Of a DNA stretch of 64,000 nucleotides, positions 37,727 to 46,507 are shown piece after piece. Source of the stretch: a virus. The notes under the pieces were generated by a model. That model was given only the letters and a program-made list of their open reading frames with translations. It did not search any database and had not been told where the DNA came from. Position numbers and translations under genes: made by a program. The DNA lies in IMG/VR virus record IMGVR_UViG_3300020205_000565, positions 1 to 64,000 of that record. One strand, 5' to 3'. The first letter of the stretch is position 1. The number at the start of each line of letters is the position of its first letter.

Positions 37727-40700
37727 TTACTTGGTTTTCCAATTGTTAGGTAAGGCGTTTATTTTTACGCGTTTAGTCTCTCCTCCCTTTTTTTGTTTAG
37801 GATAAGTTGGACCATAAAGCTCACGTAACTTAGTTTGTAAATCGGATAGGTATTTTGCTTGATTAGGGGTAAGCTCCCGCATTTTTACAGTTCCTGCGGC
37901 ATCATCCCAGTATTTCATGCTGTTATTAAAATCACCTATTTCAGATAAAAGTCTTTTACGTACATTCGATACATGTTGTGTAGATGTGTAATCTAATAGA
38001 CCATGTGACATAAATGGTTTTCCAATAAATTTATCAAGCTTAACTGTAAAACCCCTTGGTGTTTCCATAGTTTGCGGTAGATTTGGATTTGTTGCACCTG
38101 TAGGAATGGTTTTCATAAAAAGTTTGTCTTGTACTTTTGTAGGGAGTAACCCTTGTATTTTTTTGGGAACTAAATCTGAAAATTTTATGAATGGTTCTAT
38201 GTCCCATATGTCATTATATTCTAAACCATTTTCCATTAATCTTTGGTTATATCCGCCCAGCAGGTAGTTATCTCTATGTAATGTTATAGCCTTGTCTAAA
38301 GGTTGCATAACCTCAGAAAACTTACTAGATCCTTCGCCTGTAAGTCCTCTAGACATCCTATCAACTACTCCTGCAAATACTTTATCTTCAGGAATATTAT
38401 AAATATCCATTCCTCTTAAAGATCCCGGTGGATAAGCAGCATGCAGGCTAGGAGCAGTATTCGCCATATTAAAAGTTCCGAATTGTTGGGGCATACCTAG
38501 ATATGCTCTCCATCCGTCACTTCTTATTTGATTTTCAGCAAGTCTTTCTTCCCAAGCAGCCTTACTCATTTGAGTTCGTAAATTATTTTTCCAACCACCC
38601 CCTCTAATATTACTTATCGTCTGCTGAACTTTATTTTGAGCTGGACCGAAACCCGAATATCCAATAGGTGTGAGATAATGATTAGCTAGTTCTGAGAATA
38701 TTGGTTTATATCCTTGTCGTTGATTAGATGTTATACCTACTTCAGCAAGTTGTCTCTGAGCAATTTCAAAATCAGTTAAACCTGCCTGTAGTCCTTCATT
38801 TTGAATTTGAGCTAATGCTCTTCTTGTATTATACGATTCCATAAAAGCCGAAGTAATAGGCATTGCCGCCTCTACTCCTGTTTTTATTATAGCTCCTGCA
38901 AAAGGCGCTATTTCTAAAGCAGTAAATAAATTCTTAGCAACAGCATCTGCATAATCAAGCGGATTACCTGTAGAGTTAGCATGTTTCCAAGGTTCCGAAA
39001 CTCCTCCGCTCATTATTGTATTTGCCCCCTTTACTCCAAATCCGTAAGTTAAAGCATTACCTGCATTAAGCCAAGGAACAGCTTTTGGGGCTGCATTTAG
39101 GAGTTGTCTTACACCAGCCCCCGTAGCTTGCATAAGGGGGGATGATGATGTTGCTCCGTAAAGCATTTCTCCAAGACCTGCTAATCCCGCTTCACCAAGA
39201 GCAACAGGGGCCATTAATAAACTTTCAAAAATAGGCACACTAGGTAAACCTGCCGGATCGTTAGGATACGGCATCTGCCAGTCCGGATCTCCCGGTTGAG
39301 GAATCCTAGGTGTTAAACCATTTACCTGATCCCATTTTGCAACAAATTCATCTTCTGCCATTCTTCTATCAGCAGCAGCATTAGCGTCAGCTTCTTCTTT
39401 AAGTTGTTTAAAATTAGCTGGTAACTTTTGTGTAGGTACTTTAGTAGACTCTGATACTGCTGTAGGTCTAGCAACTTTCCTTACATCTCCAACAAGATTT
39501 TGTTTTACAGGAGGAGCTGCATTTTTATAGTCAAGTATGTTTCTCCAATCTGGTGGGCCGTACTGAGCTTTAGGTAAACTATTTATCTTAACTCTTCTTA
39601 GATCTGGTACAGAGATACCTCCTCCGCTTTTATACTTAGGGTATTGACCGCTTTTTAACAAATCTATCTTTTGTTCTAAGTCAAGAGCTGGTCTATAGTT
39701 ACGTCCAACTGATGGAGAGGCTGAACCAAAAGGAGCAATTTGATTCAGTTCAGTCTGAAGTGCTTTTGACAAATCGTCAACATACATGGTTGATGTATAG
39801 TTTAGGTTACCGTGCGACATGAATGGCTTTCCAACAAATTTACTTACCGGAATTTTCATTTGTCTAGCTTGTGTAACAAAGAATGGTTGATTACTATAGC
39901 CGCTAGAAGTATGGCTAGGATGTGTTGAGGCACGTGATATAGGAACCTCCTTATAAAAAAGTTTTTCTTTCCATTTTTCCGGCATGACCCTTTTAACGCT
40001 TTTTGGTACCAAGGATGAAAAATTAATTGTCGGATCTAAATCCCATATATCGTTATACTGTAATCCATCTTTTGTTAGTACTTTATTATACCCTCCCATA
40101 AGTATAGGATCCCTATCTAATAATATTGGTTTATCTAAGGGGCCCATACCATCTTCGCGTAGGCCGTATCTTGGCCCAATTGTATTAGTTACTTCGTCAA
40201 AGCCGGTACCAAATATTCTGTTTTCGGGAATATTATAAATATCCATTCCTGCTAAAGATCCAGGCTTATAGGCCGGATGCATTACTGGAGCAGTATTTGC
40301 CATATTAAAAGTAAAATTTTTCTGAGGCATACCTAAATAAGTTCTCCATGCGTCATCTCTTATATTCAGATCACGATTTGCCTGACGTATAGCATTTGCT
40401 TCAGCTGCAGATGTTTCTGCAGTTATGTTTCCCATAGCTGCTCGTCTTGGAGCTTCCCATCCATTAGTTTTAATATTACTCAAGGTTTGTGCAATCTTTG
40501 ACTCACCTGCTCCGGTGTATCCAAAAGGCGTTACATACTTATTAAATAATTCTGATGCACCTGGGAAATACCCCCTACGTTGATTAGCTGTTATACCTAC
40601 ATCTGATAATTGTTTTTGTGCAATTTCAAAATCGTTTAGTCCTAGGGCCCTACCTCTTCTTTCAATTTCAGATAGTTGTCGTCCTACTTTTGTAGTATAA

Positions 40701-43700
40701 TTACTAATCTGATTAGGGAGTCTAGGTATACCCCTAACAGCAGGAACTGCTGCAGATAAATCTAAATAATTACTTACTGCGTGATCTCTATATTTAGGGT
40801 CAAATAATCCTAAGGTTTGTCCTAATAAATATTCACCCGGATGATCTACAATTTGTTCTCCTTGCCTATAAGCAGCGTTCCCTAAAAATCCTGGTAGACC
40901 TGCTGCCATATCTACTACAGAAGTCATAGGCGATCCTACACCATAACCTTCATAAGGATTATGCATTCCCATGTATCCACTTGGAATATCATAACCTCTA
41001 TTAACAGCAGCTATAGTTTCCATAGGATGGCTTATAGCAGTCCATGCTCGTCTTGCAAATTTCTCAGTATCACTTCTAGTATCTGCACTAAGTTCATCCC
41101 TGCGTTTCAGTGCCTCCGGTAAAGCATCATAAGCTGCTTTTTCTTTCATCATATCTAAAATCTGCGGACCACTTAAACCTTCCCAATCTATAGGGGCATT
41201 AAACATATTAGCAGGCCTTGTAGATTCTGCTACGGCTGACCCTGATATTAGATCCTGATTCATTTTTTTGAAATCAAAATCTGAAAAAACATTTTCATTT
41301 GCTGGGGCTGCTGATGCAGTCTTAGGTCTTGGTCGGAGATCAAATGTATGTTTATATTCATCAGGGATATTAATCCCAAGTTGAGGTTTAAAGTTAATAC
41401 TAGGAGTAGGTAGTTTCTTTTGTTGGAGATTAGCTGGAATATTTAATTTAACCTGCCCTTTAAGTTGATACTTATCTAGTTCTCCGCCTTCCTGTAATTT
41501 AAAACTTTCACTTGCTTCGTTCTTTCTCCTTTTTTGTAATCGTTTCTGTTGTTCTCTAAAGTCCTCAACTTCATTGATAGCATCCTTTACATCAGTATAC
41601 ATTTTAATATCAGGATTATAATTTACACGAGCTGTACCCCCGCTTGGACTATAAAATTGATTTTGTTGCGCATCATCTAACCATTGTGATGTAAGGGTAG
41701 CACCTAATAATTTTGAGGTATAAGTACCATCGCCATTATCTTTCTTGTAATGCAAATAAGAAACACCAGGATTACCACTATCTTGTAATGTATAATTTTC
41801 ACTGGAATCCTGAAATGTCTTAGAGTCTTCTTTAATATCTTCCGGTTGACCTTTTACTTCTACAGGTTTATCTATTACAGGTGTTTCTTGTTGTTTAGGT
41901 GTTTCTTCTTTTTTAGGAGGATTAAGTTTTGCTTTTAATTCTTTAATTGCGGAAGCCTTATCTTTATAAGGACTACCGCTTGTTCCAAACTTTTCTAAAC
42001 GTTGTATCCTTTGTTTAGTAGTAAGTTTTTTCCAAGGAGTTACTGCAAGTTTATCGTAAGTATAAATAGAAACCTGGTCACCTGATACTAGATCTTCCAT
42101 GCCCTTTAAATACTGAGGAGATATTCTAGTGTCATATAGCTGCATAGGTGAATCCATATTAAGAATAGTATTTGCGTTTTCCCTCTGTTGAAACTTATAA
42201 TCATCTAACTTTTGGTATGCGTCAGTATCCCAAACGGGGTCTTGAAGACCATTGGTTGTCATGACTTCACCATTTTTGTATTTAGTTCCAGGTATTGATT
42301 TACCAGGAATAAGTCTAGAAATTTTCATATTGTCATATATCCATTCTCTATCCTCTGGTTTAAACTGAACAGGTCCGCTATGAAAGCGTTTAGTATATCC
42401 AGCAGACTTATAAAAATTCATTATATCATTTGCATGGTTTGCTACCATACTAGAATCTGCTGCCGTTGCTAATCCTCTTTGTGCTTTAGGTAATTCACCG
42501 CCCTTCTTACCCATTGGTATAGCATATGGATCTTTTTTATTACCCGTAGATACTTGAGAGTCATGAATCTTTTTTAGTAAGTCTCCTCTACCACGAATTA
42601 ATTTGTATAGGTCAAAACTTGTACCATCGTTATTTTTAATATCAGCATCAATGATGCTTTGTATTTCCTCATTAGTATAATCTTTTACAGGATCAATATT
42701 ATTTTGCATACGCCATTCATTTAGTCTGGCTCTTATTTCAGTAGGATTATAATAATAGTCTGTTAATTTCTGCTTTTCACCAAAAAGACTTCCTAAACCA
42801 CTTGATGAGTCCATGTCCTCCTTATTAGCAAAGGGTAAATAAACACCGCTTGCTTTATTAACTTGATCGGTACCTTCAGGACTTGGTTGTTTATATTCCT
42901 GCGGAATAATATTATCTAGTACGGCATCTTCTTTATTGTATGCTGGAGTTAACATTCCAGCAGGATTTTGAGGATGATTATAATCTAAATAGTGACTCTC
43001 TTCATGAGCCATTACACTTGGATTTTTAAATCCACTTGGTGGTATGAATATAGAATTCATTAACGGTAATATGTTTACAGCGCGCGAAGCCATGTATACC
43101 CCTCCTGTATCAGGATGATCTTTGTCATACTCTTCTTGAGAACCATAAGGCTGAAAGTCTACATTTGGTAGTCCCGCAAGTCTTCTATTAGCAACTTCTG
43201 TAAATTGCGGAAGTGCTGCTCTTTTAGTATACCAGTCCCTATAAAAATCATTAACCTGATCCCTACTTTGAAAATAGTCATTTCTAAGTTCAGGATCATA
43301 ACTATTCCAATCAATGTAATTCTGTGAATGTCTTACTCCTGATGGTATTCTTGCTTCTGGTAAATCACCTGTAAATCCTAAACCCGGATATAACCCATAT
43401 GGGTTATATCTTCCAAGATAAGGAACCTCACCGTCGTATGAATATTGAATATCAGGTGATGGACCTAATTCAGCATCTACCTGACTCATAGAAGGTACGT
43501 TATCCATTCTAAAGGCAGAGGAACCATCAGGGTCATTTATGTGGCTCATGAAATAGTCAAGTCGTTTTTCCCCCAACTTCTGATCTCTAAAAAACCTATC
43601 TTGCTCTTCTAAAGGAAGTTGTTCTTTTTGAAGTGGTGTTAATTTCATAAATTTATCCCAATCATCCCACGTAGGTGTGCCCCCGTTTTGAAATTTAGCA

Positions 43701-46507
43701 GGTGTATATTTAGTATCAGGAGCTTTCGTAGGTTTAGGTGCTCCTGTAATAAACCCTTTTAAAGTTCTTCTAACTGAGCTGTTAGCATAATCTTGAATAG
43801 CATTAGTTCCTACTCTGTTATAAAGGTAGTTACCATCTTTAGATTTACTTTTATGTCTCCAAGGTTTTTCAGGATCTACAGCTCCACCATATGCATAGCC
43901 TCCTGCTTTTTTCTCCGCTTCTATTTCTTCTTGTACTTTTTTCAGTCTTGCTTTTTCTTGATCTCTTTGTTGCTGTTGATATTGTTCATAGGCAGCTTTT
44001 TCAGCATTTACCTCATCAACATTTCTCTTTTGCATTTCTAAAGCTTTTTTTCTAGTCCCGCGTCGTTCTTCAATAATATCAAGAGGTTGTCGTAAGTCAT
44101 GCCACATCCGGGCATTGGGATTAAAGTCCACACGTGCGGTACCTCCAGCTATGCTATCAAATTCTTTTTGTTGGTCAGGAGTTAAATAGTCTTCTGTTAA
44201 AACAACCCCCATGTTGCCACTTTTACCATGGACAACCTCGCCATTCTCATCATAAACTGTTCTATACAAATAAGCAGCACCTCCCCCATTACCTGTTTCA
44301 TGTAATGAATAATTTTCTCTTGCGCCACTCTGTACAGTTTGTTCTGACTTCTTCCCAGTATTACTTTTATTATCTTCCTGACCTACCTGCTCTTTTGAAT
44401 TAGAGGTTGACGTAGTGGCGCCGCTACTTGTACCTGTGTTAGAAATAACATCTGTTGTTTTACCGGAAAGAAGATTTATTACAGTCTCTCTAGGATTACT
44501 TTCAGATTTAATCTTATTAAGCAATTCTATGTTTTGCTTACCGGTACCACTATAATCTTTTATTCCGTATTTCTCAGCTAGTTTTTTCCTTTCGGAATAG
44601 CTACTTTGTTTTTTATCTAATCCTAATTCGGTTCTCATATAGTAACCTATATCAGTATTAGCGTTTGGTTCTTTTTTAACTATATTAATAGCTTCGTAAA
44701 CACCATTTCCGCTAGTTGAATTACTACGAGTTTTTGGTTTTTTGGCCCACTTATTTTGGTCATATTCAGCCGCCCCCGACTGTGTAGCAGGGTACCCAGA
44801 CTTAGCAGCATTAGCTATTGTCTGTGCATCATATACCATAGGGTTTTTACCCCATTTATTTTTTTCGTATAGCGCCGCTCCTTCTTGTGTTGCAGCATAT
44901 CCTGATTTAGCAGCATTACTTATGGTTTGTTTATCATACCCTTCAGCACGTCTTCCGCCATGAGCCATAGCAATGTCTGGATAATTTTGGATAAGTCTTG
45001 GATCATTCCAATCTTTAAATGGAGTACCGTCCAATATGCCATACTCTAATCTTTTTCTTTTATCTTCAGGACTTAGTATAGACCAAGGAGCCGTATAAAA
45101 TTTTTCATATATCGGCATGTCGACAATATCCGCGTTACCTGAAAAATATCCCGGAGCCGTACCTTGCAAACTAAAAGTAGATCTTGGATCTATTCTGATG
45201 TCGTATAATGCTTTTGGGGCATCTGTATTAAGAATTTTCTTATGGTCATCAGCATATTGTCTAAATCTATACGCGTTTTCCCATTCGGCAAGACTTTCGT
45301 TAGTTAAATTTTGTACACCTCCAATAAGATTAAGTCCTCCTGCTAGCGCCATTGCCCCAGCTTCCCCTAAACTAAGAGAAGGTATTTCAACGTCGAACTT
45401 AGGTAAGTCTATTGCAAGACCGCCCTGGCCTAAATCATCTGATCCTATAATTGTTTGTCTTCCTCCCACATGCAAAGTTGTCGGAGTAGTGGATTTATCT
45501 GCAGCTTTTTTAATCTTATCCATACCTATCATCCTCACACCATTTCTAGATCTGGCTGGTTCTTTATCTCCAACTTTAGATCCTCCATAGTAACCTTGAG
45601 AATTATACCAATCTATGACTTGTTGAGCAGAGTTTGCTACATCAAGGGAATCTTGAAAACTAGCAGGGCCACCAGGACCACCAGGGCCACCAGAGCCTCT
45701 TCCATACTGTGCTTTAGGTAATGAATGTATCTTAACTCTTTTCATTGCCCCGCCATTTTTCTTATTTGGAAAAATAGATGAGTTACCCTCTTTTATATAT
45801 TGCTCATATTGTCTAGCCTCCCCCTCTAATGTTGATGGATCTGCATATTGTAAATTTTCAGCACCAACAAAAGATAAGTGACCATTCTCGTCTGGTTCAG
45901 AACCATTTCTTAGTTTATCCCTAGGAATAAACTGTAAACTTGGATCTTGCGCAATCATGTTATCTATAGTTCTATTTACGTCATTATCTCTTCTATTATA
46001 GTAACCTTCAATTGCTTCATTAGATGCTGTAGTCAAATTAGGTCTTTTACCTAATGGACCTAGAGAACTCATTCCACCGCTTAAATTTTGCAAGTGATGT
46101 AATAGTTCATGCTGCATCCACCAATCATTATTCTCTATTGAGCCTGGTCTTGTATCTTGATTAATTTGACCTTGTACTGGGTTATATCCTGTATACTCAT
46201 CTGTTTCATTTATTCTAGGATAAACAAAATTTTGTAAAGCCTCTCTATATTGTGGAGGTAGTTGGTAGGATGGTCCTCCCATTTGAGCCATAGGAATTTC
46301 GTAGACCGAATTACCCGGAAACTGATAGTCTGCGCCAGGCATCATAAGTTTCCGGTTGCCAAAGTTATCAATACCTAGTATGGGTCCTTTTCTTAAAGGT
46401 GTTCCATCATCTTCTTTCATGGTAATCATGCCAGAAGGAATTTGAAGATAAGGTTCGTTCTTGTCCTTAGAATTTTTTTTATAACCTTTGGTCGAAACTT
46501 TAGCCAT
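37727..46507 (-). CDS. Giant modular internal virion protein (polyprotein-like) with duplicated modules, two zincins and a cell-wall-binding-like domain
   Basis: 2926 aa; HELLH (46097-46111) and HEESH (42992-43006); internal paralogous modules; GG-motif linkers; no Cys; TAATG-coupled to the muzzle gene. Confidence 0.8.
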   Translation of the reverse strand: MAKVSTKGYKKNSKDKNEPYLQIPSGMITMKEDDGTPLRKGPILGIDNFGNRKLMMPGADYQFPGNSVYEIPMAQMGGPSYQLPPQYREALQNFVYPRINETDEYTGYNPVQGQINQDTRPGSIENNDWWMQHELLHHLQNLSGGMSSLGPLGKRPNLTTASNEAIEGYYNRRDNDVNRTIDNMIAQDPSLQFIPRDKLRNGSEPDENGHLSFVGAENLQYADPSTLEGEARQYEQYIKEGNSSIFPNKKNGGAMKRVKIHSLPKAQYGRGSGGPGGPGGPASFQDSLDVANSAQQVIDWYNSQGYYGGSKVGDKEPARSRNGVRMIGMDKIKKAADKSTTPTTLHVGGRQTIIGSDDLGQGGLAIDLPKFDVEIPSLSLGEAGAMALAGGLNLIGGVQNLTNESLAEWENAYRFRQYADDHKKILNTDAPKALYDIRIDPRSTFSLQGTAPGYFSGNADIVDMPIYEKFYTAPWSILSPEDKRKRLEYGILDGTPFKDWNDPRLIQNYPDIAMAHGGRRAEGYDKQTISNAAKSGYAATQEGAALYEKNKWGKNPMVYDAQTIANAAKSGYPATQSGAAEYDQNKWAKKPKTRSNSTSGNGVYEAINIVKKEPNANTDIGYYMRTELGLDKKQSSYSERKKLAEKYGIKDYSGTGKQNIELLNKIKSESNPRETVINLLSGKTTDVISNTGTSSGATTSTSNSKEQVGQEDNKSNTGKKSEQTVQSGARENYSLHETGNGGGAAYLYRTVYDENGEVVHGKSGNMGVVLTEDYLTPDQQKEFDSIAGGTARVDFNPNARMWHDLRQPLDIIEERRGTRKKALEMQKRNVDEVNAEKAAYEQYQQQQRDQEKARLKKVQEEIEAEKKAGGYAYGGAVDPEKPWRHKSKSKDGNYLYNRVGTNAIQDYANSSVRRTLKGFITGAPKPTKAPDTKYTPAKFQNGGTPTWDDWDKFMKLTPLQKEQLPLEEQDRFFRDQKLGEKRLDYFMSHINDPDGSSAFRMDNVPSMSQVDAELGPSPDIQYSYDGEVPYLGRYNPYGLYPGLGFTGDLPEARIPSGVRHSQNYIDWNSYDPELRNDYFQSRDQVNDFYRDWYTKRAALPQFTEVANRRLAGLPNVDFQPYGSQEEYDKDHPDTGGVYMASRAVNILPLMNSIFIPPSGFKNPSVMAHEESHYLDYNHPQNPAGMLTPAYNKEDAVLDNIIPQEYKQPSPEGTDQVNKASGVYLPFANKEDMDSSSGLGSLFGEKQKLTDYYYNPTEIRARLNEWRMQNNIDPVKDYTNEEIQSIIDADIKNNDGTSFDLYKLIRGRGDLLKKIHDSQVSTGNKKDPYAIPMGKKGGELPKAQRGLATAADSSMVANHANDIMNFYKSAGYTKRFHSGPVQFKPEDREWIYDNMKISRLIPGKSIPGTKYKNGEVMTTNGLQDPVWDTDAYQKLDDYKFQQRENANTILNMDSPMQLYDTRISPQYLKGMEDLVSGDQVSIYTYDKLAVTPWKKLTTKQRIQRLEKFGTSGSPYKDKASAIKELKAKLNPPKKEETPKQQETPVIDKPVEVKGQPEDIKEDSKTFQDSSENYTLQDSGNPGVSYLHYKKDNGDGTYTSKLLGATLTSQWLDDAQQNQFYSPSGGTARVNYNPDIKMYTDVKDAINEVEDFREQQKRLQKRRKNEASESFKLQEGGELDKYQLKGQVKLNIPANLQQKKLPTPSINFKPQLGINIPDEYKHTFDLRPRPKTASAAPANENVFSDFDFKKMNQDLISGSAVAESTRPANMFNAPIDWEGLSGPQILDMMKEKAAYDALPEALKRRDELSADTRSDTEKFARRAWTAISHPMETIAAVNRGYDIPSGYMGMHNPYEGYGVGSPMTSVVDMAAGLPGFLGNAAYRQGEQIVDHPGEYLLGQTLGLFDPKYRDHAVSNYLDLSAAVPAVRGIPRLPNQISNYTTKVGRQLSEIERRGRALGLNDFEIAQKQLSDVGITANQRRGYFPGASELFNKYVTPFGYTGAGESKIAQTLSNIKTNGWEAPRRAAMGNITAETSAAEANAIRQANRDLNIRDDAWRTYLGMPQKNFTFNMANTAPVMHPAYKPGSLAGMDIYNIPENRIFGTGFDEVTNTIGPRYGLREDGMGPLDKPILLDRDPILMGGYNKVLTKDGLQYNDIWDLDPTINFSSLVPKSVKRVMPEKWKEKLFYKEVPISRASTHPSHTSSGYSNQPFFVTQARQMKIPVSKFVGKPFMSHGNLNYTSTMYVDDLSKALQTELNQIAPFGSASPSVGRNYRPALDLEQKIDLLKSGQYPKYKSGGGISVPDLRRVKINSLPKAQYGPPDWRNILDYKNAAPPVKQNLVGDVRKVARPTAVSESTKVPTQKLPANFKQLKEEADANAAADRRMAEDEFVAKWDQVNGLTPRIPQPGDPDWQMPYPNDPAGLPSVPIFESLLMAPVALGEAGLAGLGEMLYGATSSSPLMQATGAGVRQLLNAAPKAVPWLNAGNALTYGFGVKGANTIMSGGVSEPWKHANSTGNPLDYADAVAKNLFTALEIAPFAGAIIKTGVEAAMPITSAFMESYNTRRALAQIQNEGLQAGLTDFEIAQRQLAEVGITSNQRQGYKPIFSELANHYLTPIGYSGFGPAQNKVQQTISNIRGGGWKNNLRTQMSKAAWEERLAENQIRSDGWRAYLGMPQQFGTFNMANTAPSLHAAYPPGSLRGMDIYNIPEDKVFAGVVDRMSRGLTGEGSSKFSEVMQPLDKAITLHRDNYLLGGYNQRLMENGLEYNDIWDIEPFIKFSDLVPKKIQGLLPTKVQDKLFMKTIPTGATNPNLPQTMETPRGFTVKLDKFIGKPFMSHGLLDYTSTQHVSNVRKRLLSEIGDFNNSMKYWDDAAGTVKMRELTPNQAKYLSDLQTKLRELYGPTYPKQKKGGETKRVKINALPNNWKTK
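44735..44938 (-). repeat. Two-copy 35-aa tandem repeat in the 2926-aa protein
   Basis: YDKQTISNAAKSGYAATQEGAALYEKNKWGKNP vs YDAQTIANAAKSGYPATQSGAAEYDQNKWAKKP. Confidence 0.9.
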
